Shown here one piece after another: positions 13,501 through 27,000 of a stretch of 64,000 bases of DNA. The notes beneath the pieces were generated by a model. The model did not search any database. It was not told where the DNA came from and saw only the letters and a program-made list of their open reading frames with translations. This DNA is from Eledone cirrhosa. Its lineage: Eukaryota. Both the position numbers and the translations under genes were made by a program. Positions within the stretch are counted from its first letter, which is position 1. Every line of letters begins with the position of its first letter. Location: NCBI GenBank assembly GCA_964016885.1, contig OZ024744.1, positions 23,746,001 through 23,810,000 on the forward strand. The letters are read 5' to 3'.

Positions 13501-16500
13501 ACAACAGTTTGAATCATAAGAACTGATTCGTTTTAACAACAGTTGAATCTTAAATAAAACTCGTTTTAACAACAGTTGAATCTTAAGAACTGACTCGTTT
13601 TAACAACAGTTGAATCTTAAGAACTGACTGGTTTTAACAACAGATGAATCTTAAGAACTGACGCGTTTTAACAACAGTTCAACCTTAAGAACTGACTCGT
13701 TTTAACAACAGTTGAATCTTAAGATAAAACTCGTTTTATCAACAGTTGAATCTTAAGAAATGACTCGTTTTAATAACAGTTGAATCTTAAGAACTGACTC
13801 GTGTTAACAACAACTGTGTCTTAAGATAAAACTCGTTTTGACAAAAGTTGAATCTTAAGAACTGACTCGTTTTAACAACAGTTGAATCTTAAGATATAAC
13901 TCGTTTTAACAACAGTTGAATCTTAAGAACTGACTCGTTTTATCAACAGTTCAACCTTAAGCACTGACTCGTTTTAACAACAGTTGAATCTTCAAATAAA
14001 ACTCGTTTTAACAACAGTTGAATCTTAAGAACTGACTCGTTTTAACAACAGTTGAATCTTAACATAAAACTCGTTTTAACAACAGTTGAATCTTAAGAAC
14101 TGACTCGTTTTAACAACAGCTGAATCTTAAGATAAAACTCGTTTTAACGACAGTTGAATCTTAAGAACTGACTCGTTTTATCAACAGTTCAACCTTAAGA
14201 ACTGACTCACTTTAACAACAGTTGAATCTTCAAATAAAACTCGTTTTAACAACAGTTGAATCTTAAGAACTGCTTCGTTTTAACAACAGCTGAATCTTAA
14301 GATAAACTCGTTTTAACAACAGCTGAATCTTAAAATAAAACTCGTTTTAACAACAGTTGAATCTTAAGAACTGACTCGTTTTATCAACAGTTCAACCTGA
14401 AGAACTGACTCGTTTTAACAACAGTTGAATCTTCAAATAAAACTCGTTTTAACAACAGTTGAATCTTAAGAACTGACTCGTTTTAACAACAGGTGAATCT
14501 TAAGAACTGACTGGTTTTAACAACAGTTGAATCTTAAATAAAACTCGTTTTAACAAAGGTTGAATATTAAGAACTGACTCGTTTTAAACAACAGTTGAAT
14601 CTTAAGATAAAATTCGTTTTAACAACAGTTGAATCTTAAGAACTGATTCGTTTTAACAACAGTTCAACCTAAGAACAGACTCGTTTTAACAACAGTTGAA
14701 TCTTAAATAAAACTCGTTTTAACAACAGTTGAATCTTAAGAACTGACTCGTTTTAACAACAGTTGAATCTTAAGAACTGACTGGTTTTAACAACAGATGA
14801 ATCTTAAGAACTGACTCCTTTTAACAACAGTTCAACCTTAAGAACTGACTCGTTTTAACAACAGTTGAATCTTAAGATAAAACTCGTTTTATCAACAGTT
14901 GAACCTTAAGAAATGACTCGTTTTAATAACAGTTGAATCTTAAGAACTGACTCGTTTTAACAACAGTTCAACCTTAAGAAGTGAATCATTTTAACAACAG
15001 TTGAATCTTAAGAACTGACTCGTGTTAACAACAATTGTATCTTAAGATAAAACTCGTTTTAACAAAAGTTGAATCTTAAGAACTGACTCGTTTTAACAAC
15101 AGCTGAATCTTAAGATAAAACTCGTTTTAACAACAGTTGAATCTTAAGAACTGACTCGTTTTATCAACAGTTCAACCTTAAGCACTGACTCGTTTTAACA
15201 ACAGTTGAATCTTCAAATAAAACTCGTTTTAAAAACAGTTGAATCTTAAGAACTGACTCGTTTTAACAACAGTTGAATCTTAACATAAAACTCGTTTTAA
15301 CAACAGTTGAATCTTAAGAACTGACTCGTTTTAACAACAGCTGAATCTTAAGATAAAACTCGTTTTAACGACAGTTGAATCTTAAGAACTGACTCGTTTT
15401 ATCAACAGTTCAACCTTAAGAACTGACTCATTTTAACAACAGTTGAATCTTCAAATAAAACTCGTTTTAACAACAGTTGAATCTTAAGAACTGATTCGTT
15501 TTAACAACAGCTGAATCTTAAGATAAACTCGTTTTAACAACAGTTGAACCTTAAGATAAACCTCGTTTTAACAACATTTGAATCTTAAGAACTGACTCGT
15601 TTTAACAACAGCTGCATCTTAAAATAAAACTCGTTTTAACAACAGTTGAATCTTAAGAACTGACTCGTTTTAACAACAGTTGAATCTTAAGAACTGACTG
15701 GTTTTAACAACAGATGAATCTTAAGAACTGACTCGTTTTAACAACAGTTCAACCTTGAGAACTGAATAGTTTTAACAACAGTTGAATCTCAAGAACTGAC
15801 TCGTTTTAACAACAGATGAATCTTGAGATAAAACTCGTTTTAACAACAGTTGAATCCTAAGAAATAACTCGTTTTAATAACAGTTGAATCTTAAGAACTG
15901 ACTCGTTTTAACAACAGTTCAACCTGAAGAACTGACTCGTTGTAACAACAGTTGAAACTTCAAATAAAACTCGTTTTAACCACAGTTGAATCTTAAGAAC
16001 TGAATCATTTTAACAACAGTTGAATCTTAAGAACTGACTCGTGTTAACAACAATTGAATCTTAAGATAAAACTCGTTTTAACAAAAGTTGAATCTTAAGA
16101 ACTGACTCGTTTTAACAACAGTTCAACCTTAAGAACTGACTAGTTTTAACAAAAAGTTTAATGTTAGAATAAAATTCGTTTTAAAAACAGTTGAATCTTA
16201 AGAACTGACTCGTTTTAACAAAAGTTGAATCTTACGAACTGACTCGTTTTAACAATAGTTGTCTCTTAAGATAAAACTCGTTTTAACAACAGTTGAATTT
16301 TAAAACTGACTCGTTTTAACAACAGTTCAAACTTAAGAACTGATTCGTTTTAACAACAGTTGAATCTTAAAATAAAATTCGTTTAACAACAGTTGAATCT
16401 TAAGGACTGGCTCGTTTTAACATCACATGTATATTATGATAAAACTCCTTTTAACAACAGCTGTATCTTAAGAACTGACTCGATATAACAACAGTTGAAT

Positions 16501-19500
16501 CTTAAGAACTACCTCGTTTTAACAACATTTGAATCTTAAGAACTGACTCGTTTTAACAACAGTTCAATCTTAAGATAAAACTGATTATAACAACAGTTGC
16601 ATCTTAAGAACTGACTTGTTTTAACAACAGTTGAATCTGAAGAACTGACTCGTTTTAACAACAGTTGAATCTGAAGATAAAACTCGTTTAACAACAGTTG
16701 AATCTTAAGAACTGACTCGTTTTAACGACAGATGAATCTTATGATAAAACTCGTTTTAACAACAATTGAATCTTAAGAACTGATTCGTTTTAACAACAGT
16801 TGAATCATAAGATAAAACTAGTTTTAACAACAGTTGAATCTTAAGAACTGACTCGTTTTAACAACAGTTGAAACTTCAAATAAAACTCGTTTTAACAACA
16901 GTTGAATCTTAAGAACTGACTCATTTTAACAACATTTCACTCTTAAGAACTGATTCGTTTTAACAACAGTTGAATCTTAAGATAAAATTCGTTTTATCAA
17001 CAGTTGAATCTTAAGAAATGACTCGTTTTAATAACAGTTGAATCTTAAGAACTGACTCGTTTTAACAACAGTTCAACCTTAAGAACTGACTCGTTGTAAC
17101 AACAGTTGAAACTTCAAATAAAACTCGTTTTAACCACAGTTGAATCTTAAGAACTGAATCATTTTAACAACAGTTGAATCTTAAGAACTGACTCGTGTTA
17201 ACAACAATTGTATCTTAAGATAAAACTCGTTTTAACAAAAGTTGAATCTTAAGAACTGACTCGTTTTAACAACAGCTGAATCTTAAGATAAAACTCGTTT
17301 TACAACAGTTGAATCTTAAGAACTGACTCGTTTTATCAACAGTTCAACCTTAAGAACTGACTCATCTTAACAACAGTTGAATCTTCAAATAAAACTCGTT
17401 TTAACAACAGTTGAATCTTAAGAACTGATTCGTTTTAACAACAGCTGAATCTTAAGATAAAACTCGTTTTAACAACAGTTGAATCTTAAGATAAACCTCG
17501 TTTTAACAACATTTGAATCTTAAAAACTGACTCGTTTTAACAACAGCTGAATCTTAAGAACTGTCTCGTTTTATCAACAGTTCAACCTTAAGAACTGACT
17601 CGTTTTAACAACAGTTGAATCTTCAACTAAAACTCGTTTTAACAACAGTTGAATCTTCAAATAAAACTCGTTTTAACAACAGTTGAATATTATGATAAAA
17701 CTCATTTTAACAACAGTTGATTCTTAAGATAAAACTCGTTTTAACAACAGTTGAATCTTAAGAACTGACTCGTTTTAACAACAGTTGAATCTTAAGAACT
17801 GACTCGTTTTATCAACAGTTCAACCTTAAGAACTGACTCGTTTTAACAACAGTTGAATCTTCAAATAAAACTCGTTTTAACAACAGTTGAATCTTAACAA
17901 CTCACTCGTTTTAACAACAGTTGAATCTTAAGATAAAACTCGTTTTAACAACAGTTGAGTCTTAAGAACTGACTCGTTTTATCAACAGTTCAACCTTAAT
18001 AACTGACTCGTTTTAACAACAGTTGAATCTTCAAATTAAACTCGTTTTAAGAACAGTTGAATCATAAGAATTGATTCGTTTTAACAACAGTTGAATCTTA
18101 AGATAAAACTCGTTTTAACAACAGTTGAATCTTAAGAACTGACTCGTTTTAATAACAGTTGAATCTTAACATAAAACTCGTTTTACCAACAGTTGAATCT
18201 TAAGAACTGACTCGTTTTAACAACAGCTGAATTTTAAGATAAAACTCGTTTTAACGACAGTTGAATCTTAAGAACTGACTCGTTTTATCAACAGTTCAAC
18301 CTTAAGAACTGATTCATTTTAACAACAGTTGAATCTTCAAATAAAACTCGTTTTAACAACAGTTGAATCTTAAGAACTGATTCGTTTTAACAACAGCTGA
18401 ATTTTAAGATAAAACTCGTTTTAACGACAGTTGAATCTTAAGAACTGACTCGTTTTATCAACAGTTCAACCTTAAGAACTGACTCATTTTAACAACAGTT
18501 GAATCTTCAAATAAAACTCGTTTTAACAACAGTTGAATCTTAAGAACTGATTCGTTTTAACAACAGCTGAATCTTAAGATAAACTCGTTTTAACAACAGT
18601 TGAATCTTAAGAACTGGTTCGTTTTAACAACAGCTGAATCTTAAGATAAACTCGTTTTAACAACAGTTGAATCTTAAGATAAACCTCGTTTTAACAACAT
18701 TTGAATCTTAAGAACTGACTCGTTTTAACAACAGCTGCATCTTAAGATAAAATTCGTTTTAACAACAGTTGAATCTTAAGAACTGATTCGTTTTAACAAC
18801 AGTTCAACCTAAGAACAGACTCGTTTTAACAACAGTTGAATCTTAAATAAAACTCGTTTTAACAACAGTTGAATCTTAAGAACTGACTCGTTTTAACAAC
18901 AGTTGAATCTTAAGAACTGACTGGTTTTAACAACAGATTAATCTTGAGATAAAACTCGTTTTAACAACAGTTGAATCTTAAGAAATGACTCGTTTTAATA
19001 ACAGTTGAATCTTAAGAACTGACTCGTTTTAACAACAGTTCAACCTGAAGAACTGACTCGTTGTAACAACAGTTGAAACTTCAAATAAAACTCGTTTAAC
19101 CACAGTTGAATCTTAAGAACTGACTCGTTTTAACAACAGTTCAACCTTAAGAACTGACTAGTTTTAACAACAGTTGAATCTCAAGACCTGACTCGTTTTA
19201 ACAACAGATGAATCTTGAGATAAAACTCGTTTTAACAACAGTTGAATCTTAAGAAATGACTCGTTTTAATAACAGTTGAATCTTAAGAACTGACTCGTTT
19301 TAACAACAGTTCAACCTGAAGAACTGACTCGTTGTAACAACAGTTGAAACTTCAAATAAAACTCGTTTTAACCACAGTTGAATCTTAAGAACTGAATCAT
19401 TTTAACAACAGTTGAATCTTAAGAACTGACTCGCGTTAACAACAATTGAATCTTAAGATAACACTCGTTTTAACAAAAGTTGAATCTTAAGAACTGACTC

Positions 19501-22500
19501 GTTTTAACAACAGTTCAACCTTAAGAACTGACTAGTTTTAACAACAGTTTAATCTTAGAATAAAATTCGTTTTAACAACAGTTGAATCTTAAGAACTGAC
19601 TCGTTTTAACAAAAGTTGAATCTTACGAACTGACTCGTTTTAACAATAGTTGTCTCTTTAGATAAAACTCGTTTTAACAACAGCTGTATCTTAAGAACTG
19701 ACTCGATATAACAACAGTTGAATGTTAAGAACTGACTCGTTTTAACAACAGTTCAATCTTAAGATAAAACTGATTATAACAACAGTTGCATCTTAAGAAC
19801 TGACTTGTTTTAACAACAGTTAAATCTGAAGAACTGACTCGTTTTAACAACAGTTGAATCTGAAGATAAAACTCGTTTAACAACAGTTGAATCTTAAGAA
19901 CTGACTCGTTTTAACGACAGATGAATCTTATGATAAAACTCGTTTTAACAACAATTGAATCTTAAGAACTGATTCGTTTTAACAACAGTTGAATCTTAAG
20001 ATAAAACTAGTTTTAACAACAGTTGAATCTTAAGATAAAACTAGTTTTAACAACAGTTGAATCTTAAGAACTGACTCGTTTTAACAACAGTTGAAACTTC
20101 AAATAAAACTCGTTTTAACAACAGTTGAATCTTAAGAACTGACTCATTTTAACAACAGTTCAATCTTAAGAACTGACTGGTTTTAACAACAGATGAATCT
20201 TAAGAACTGACTGGTTTTAACAACAGTTCAACCTTAAGAACAGACTAGTTTTAACAACAGTTGAATCTCAAGAACTGACTCGTTTTAACAACAGTTGAAT
20301 CTTAAGATAAAACTCGTTTTAACAACAGTTGAATCTTAAGAAATGACTCGTTTTAATAACAGTTGAATCTTAAGAACTGACTCGTTTTAACAAAAGCTGA
20401 ATCTTAAGATAAAACTCGTTTTAACAACAGTTGAATCTTAAGAACTGACTCGTTTTATCAACAGTTCAACCTTAAGCACTGACTCGTTTTAACAACAGTT
20501 GAATCTTCAAATAAAACTCGTTTTAATAACAGTTGAATCTTAAGAACTGACTCGTTGTAACAACAGTTGAAACTTCAAATAAAACTCGTTTTAACCACAG
20601 TTGAATCTTAAGAACTGAATCAATTTAACAACAGTTGAATCTTAAGAACTGACTCGTGTTAACAACAATTGAATCTTAAGATAAAACTCGTTTTAACAAA
20701 AGTTGAATCTTAAGAACTGACTCGTTTTAACAAAAGCTGAATCTTAAGATAAAACTCGTTTTAACAACAGTTGAATCTTAAGAACTGACTCGTTTTATCA
20801 ACAGTTCAACCTTAAGCACTGACTCGTTTTAACAACAGTTGAATCTTCAAATAAAACTCGTTTTAATAACAGTTGAATCTTAAGAACTGACTCGTTTTAA
20901 CAACAGTTGAATCTTAAGATGAAACTCGTTTTAAAAACAGTTGAATCTTAAGAACTGACTCATTTTAACAACAGTTGAATCTTAAGAACTGACTCGTTTT
21001 AACAACATTTCAACCTTAAGAACTGACTCGTTTTAACAACAGTTGAATCTTCAAATAAAACTCGTTTTAACTACAGTTGAATCTTAAGAACTGACTCGTT
21101 TTAACAACAGTTGAATCTTAAGATAAAACTCGTTTTAACAACAGTTGAATCTTAAGAACTGACTCATTTTAACAACAGTTGAATCTTAAGAACTGATTCG
21201 TTTTAACAACAGTTGAATCTTCAGATAAAACTCGTTTTAACTACAGTTGAATCTTAAGAACTGATTCGTTTTAACAACAGTTGAATCTTAAGATAAAACT
21301 CGTTTTAACAACAGTTGAATCTTAAGAACTGACTCATTTTAACAACAGTTGAATCTTAAGAACTGATTCGTTTTAACAACAGTTGAAGCTTAAGATAAAA
21401 CTCGTTTTAACAACAGTTGAATCTTAAGAACTGACTCGTTTTAACAACAGTTGAATCTTAAGAAATGACTCGTTTTATTAACAGTTGAATCTTAAGAACT
21501 GACTCGTTTTATCAACAGTTCAACCTTAAGAACTGACTCATCTTAACAACAGTTGAATCTTCAAATAAAACTCGTTTTAACAACAATTGAATCTTAAGAA
21601 CTGATTCGTTTTAACAACAGCTGAATCTTAAGATAGAACTCGTTTTAACAACAGTTGAATCTTAAGATAAAATTCGTTTTAACAACAGTTGAATCTTAAG
21701 AACTGACTCATTTTAACGACAGCTGAATCTTTAGATAAAACTCGTTTTAACAACAGTTGAATCTTAAGAACTGACTCGTTTTATCAACAGTTCAACCTTA
21801 AGAACTGACTCGTTTTAACAACAGTTGAATCTTCAAATAAAACTCGTTTTAACTACAGTTGAATCTTAAGAACTGACTCGTTTTAACAACAGTTGAATCT
21901 TAAGATAAATCGTTTTAACAACAGTTGTATCTTAAGAACTGACTCATTTTAACAACAGTTGAATCTTAAGATAAAACTCGTTTTAACAACAGTTGAATCT
22001 TAAGAACTGACTCGTTTTAATAACAGTTGAATCTTCAAATAAAACTCGTTTCAACAACAGTTGAATCTTAAGATAAACTCGTTTTAACAACAGTTGAATC
22101 TTAAGATAAACCTCGTTTTAACAACAGTTGAATCTTAAGAACTGACTCGTTTTAACAACAGCTGCATCTTAAGATAAAACTCGTTTTAACAACAGTTGAA
22201 TCTTAAGAACTGACTCGTTTTATCAACAGTTCAACCTGAAGAACTTACTCGTTTTAACAACAGTTGAATCTTCAAATAAAACTCGTTTTAACAACAGCTG
22301 AATCTTAAGATAACACTCGTTTTAACAAAAGTTGAATCTTAAGAACTGACTCGTTTTAACAACAGTTCAACCTTAAGAACTGACTAGTTTTAACAACAGT
22401 TTAATCTTAGAATAAAATTCGTTTTAACAACAGTTGAATCTTAAGAACTGACTCGTTTTAACAAAAGTTGAATCTTACGAACTGACTCGTTTTAACAATA

Positions 22501-24079
22501 GTTGTCTCTTTAGATAAATCTCGTTTTAACAACAGTTGAATTTTAAAACTGACTCGTTTTAACAACAGTTCAAACTTAAGAACTGATTCGTTTTAACAAC
22601 AGTTTAATCTTAAAATAAAATTCGTTTAACAACAGTTGAATCTTAAGGACTGGCTCGTTTTAACATCACATGTATATTATGATAAAACTCGTTTTAACAA
22701 CAGCTGTATCTTAAGAACTGACTCGATATGACAACAGTTGAATGTTAAGAACTGACTCGTTTTAACAACAGTTCAATCTTAAGATAAAACTGATTATAAC
22801 AACAGTTGCATCTTAAGAACTGACTTGTTTTAACAACAGTTAAATCTGAAGAACGGACTCGTTTTAACAACAGTTGAATCTGAAGATAAAACTCGTTTAA
22901 CAACAGTTGAATCTTAAGAACTGACTCGTTTTAACGACAGATGAATCTTATGATAAAACTCGTTTTAACAACAATTGAATCTTAAGAACTGATTCGTTTT
23001 AACAACAGTTGAATCTTAAGATAAAACTAGTTTTAACAACAGTTGAATCTTAAGATAAAACTAGTTTTAACAACAGTTGAATCTTAAGAACTGACTCGTT
23101 TTAACAACAGTTGAAACTTCAAATAAAACTTGTTTTAACAACAGTTGAATCTTAAGAACTGACTCATTTTAACAACAGTTCAATCTTAAGAACTGATTCG
23201 TTTTAACAACAGTTGAATCTTAAGATAAAACTAGTTTTAATAACTGTTGAATCTTAAGATAAAACTCGTTTTAACAAGAGTTGAATCTTAAGAACTGACT
23301 CGTTTTAACAACAGTTGAATCTTAAATAAAACTCGTTTTAACAACAGTTGAATCTTAAGAACTGACTCGTTTTAACAACAGTTGAATCTTAAGAACTGAC
23401 TGGTTTTAACAACAGTTCAACCTTAAGAACTGACTAGTTTTAACAACAGTTGAATCTCAAGAACTGACTCGTTTTAATAACAGTTGAATCTTAAGATAAA
23501 ACTCGTTTTAACAACAGTTGAATCTTAAGAAATGACTCGTTTTAATAACAGTTGAATCTTAAGAACTGACTCGTTTTAACAACAGTTCAACCTTAAGAAC
23601 TGACTCGTTGTAACAACAGTTGAAACTTCAAATAAAACTCGTTTTAACCACAGTTGAATCTTAAGAACTGAATCAATTTAACAACAGTTGAATCTTAAGA
23701 ACTGACTCGTGTTAACAACAATTGAATCTTAAGATAAAACTCGTTTTAACAACAGTTGAATCTTAAGAACTGACTCATTTTAACAACAGTTGAATCTTAA
23801 GAACTGATTCGTTTTAACAACAGTTGAATCTTAAGATAAAACTCGTTTTAACAACAGTTGAATCTTAAGAACTGACTCGTTTTAACAACAGTTCAACCTT
23901 AAGAACTGACTCGTTTTAACAACAGTTGAATCTTCAAATAAAACTCGTTTTAACTACAGTTGAATCTTAAGAACTGACTCGTTTTAACAACAGTTGAATC
24001 TTAAGATAAAACTCGTTTTAACAACAGTTGAATCTTAAGAACTGACTCATTTTAACAACAGTTGAATCTTAAGAACTGA

Positions 24080-27000
24080 TTCGTTTTAACAACAGTTGAA
24101 TCTTAAGATAAAACTCGTTTTAACAACAGTTGAATCTTAAGAACTGACTCATTTTAACAACAGTTGAATCTTAAGAACTGATTCGTTTTAACAACAGTTG
24201 AAGCTTAAGATAAAACTCGTTTTAACAACAGTTGAATCTTAAGAACTGACTCGTTTTAACAACAGTTGAATCTTAAGAAATGACTCGTTTTATTAACAGT
24301 TGAATCTTAAGAACTGACTCGTTTTATCAACAGTTCAACCTTAAGAACTGACTCATCTTAACAACAGTTGAATCTTCAAATAAAACTCGTTTTAACAACA
24401 ATTGAATCTTAAGAACTGATTCGTTTTAACAACAGCTGAATCTTAAGATAGAACTCGTTTTAACAACAGTTGAATCTTAAGATAAAATTCGTTTTAACAA
24501 CAGTTGAATCTTAAGAACTGACTCATTTTAACGACAGCTGAATCTTTAGATAAAACTCGTTTTAACAACAGTTGAATCTTAAGAACTGACTCGTTTTATC
24601 AACAGTTCAACCTTAAGAACTGACTCGTTTTAACAACAGTTGAATCCTCAAATAAAACTCGTTTTAACAACAGTTGAATCTTAAGAACTGACTCGTTTTA
24701 ACAACAGTTGAATCTTAAGATAAATCGTTTTAACAACTGTTGTATCTTAAGAACTGACTCATTTTTACAACAGTTGAATCTTAAGATAAAACTCGTTTTA
24801 ACAACAGTTGAATCTTAAGAACTGACTCGTTTTAACAACAGTTCAACCTTAAGAACTGACTCGTTTTAACAACAGTTGAATCTTCAAATAAAACTCGTTT
24901 TAACTACAGTTGAATCTTAAGAACTGACTCGTTTTAACAACAGTTGAATCTTAAGATGAATCGTTTTAACAACAGTTGTATCTTAAGAACTGACTCATTT
25001 TAACAACAGTTGAATCTTAAGATAAAACTCGTTTTAACAACAGTTGAATCTTAAGAACTGACTCGTTTTAATAACAGTTGAATCTTCAAATAAAACTCGT
25101 TTCAACAACAGTTGAATCTTAAGATAAACTCGTTTTAACAACAGTTGAATCTTAAGATAAACCTCGTTTTAACAACATTTGAATCTTAAGAACTGACTCG
25201 TTTTAACAACAGCTGCATCTTAAGATAAAACTCGTTTTAACAACAGTTGAATCTTAAGAACTGACTCGTTTTATCAACAGTTCAACCTGAAGAACTTACT
25301 CGTTTTAACAACAGTTGAATCTTCAAATAAAACTCGTTTTAACAACAGCTGAATCTTAAGATAACACTCGTTCTAACAAAAGTTGAATCTTAAGAACTGA
25401 CTCGTTTTAACAACAGTTCAACCTTAAGAACTGACTAGTTTTAACAACAGTTTAATCTTAGAATAAAATTCGTTTTAACAACAGTTGAATCTTAAGAACT
25501 GACTCGTTTTAACAAAAGTTGAATCTTACGAACTGACTCGTTTTAACAATAGTTGTCTCTTTAGATAAATCTCGTTTTAACAACAGTTGAATTTTAAAAC
25601 TGACTCGTTTTAACAACAGTTCAAACTTAAGAACTGATTCGTTTTAACAACAGTTTAATCTTAAAATAAAATTCGTTTAACAACAGTTGAATCTTAAGGA
25701 CTGGCTCGTTTTAACATCACATGTATATTATGATAAAACTCGTTTTAACAACAGCTGTATCTTAAGAACTGACTCGATATGACAACAGTTGAATGTTAAG
25801 AACTGACTCGTTTTAACAACAGTTCAATCTTAAGATAAAACTGATTATAACAACAGTTGCATCTTAAGAACTGACTTGTTTTAACAACAGTTAAATCTGA
25901 AGAACTGACTCGTTTTAACAACAGTTGAATCTGAAGATAAAACTCGTTTAACAACAGTTGAATCTTAAGAACTGACTCGTTTTAACGACAGATGAATCTT
26001 ATGATAAAACTCGTTTTAACAACAATTGAATCTTAAGAACTGATTCGTTTTAACAACAGTTGAATCTTAAGATAAAACTAGTTTTAACAACAGTTGAATC
26101 TTAAGATAAAACTAGTTTTAACAACAGTTGAATCTTAAGAACTGACTCGTTTTAACAACAGTTGAAACTTCAAATAAAACTTGTTTTAACAACAGTTGAA
26201 TCTTAAGAACTGACTCATTTTAACAACAGTTCAATCTTAAGAACTGATTCGTTTTAACAACAGTTGAATCTTAAGATAAAACTAGTTTTAATAACTGTTG
26301 AATCTTAAGATAAAACTCGTTTTAACAAGAGTTGAATCTTAAGAACTGACTCGTTTTAACAACAGTTGAATCTTAAATAAAACTCGTTTTAACAACAGTT
26401 GAATCTTAAGAACTGACTCGTTTTAACAACAGTTGAATCTTAAGAACTGACTGGTTTTAACAACAGTTCAACCTTAAGAACTGACTAGTTTTAACAACAG
26501 TTGAATCTCAAGAACTGACTCGTTTTAATAACAGTTGAATCTTAAGATAAAACTCGTTTTAACAACAGTTGAATCTTAAGAAATGACTCGTTTTAATAAC
26601 AGTTGAATCTTAAGAACTGACTCGTTTTAACAACAGTTCAACCTTAAGAACTGACTCGTTGTAACAACAGTTGAAACTTCAAATAAAACTCGTTTTAACC
26701 ACAGTTGAATCTTAAGAACTGAATCAATTTAACAACAGTTGAATCTTAAGAACTGATTCGTGTTAATAACAATTGAATCTTAAGATAAAACTCGTTTTAA
26801 CAAAAGTTGAATCTTAAGAACTGACTCGTTTTAACAACAGCTGAATCTTAAGATAAAACTCGTTTTAACAACAGTTGAATCTTAAGAACTGACTCGTTTT
26901 ATCAACAGTTCAACCTTAAGCACTGACTCGTTTTAACAACAGTTGAATCTTCAAATAAAACTCGTTTTAATAACAGTTGAATCTTAAGAACTGACTCGTT

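Noticed and set aside
16405-16445. Foreign insertion or transposon footprint at AAGGACTGGCTC...CATCACATGTATATTATG
   Set aside because: It aligns in register with the 34-bp consensus by substitutions only (AACAACAGTTGAATCTTAAGAT vs AACATCACATGTATATTATGAT), so it is a diverged monomer and not inserted DNA.
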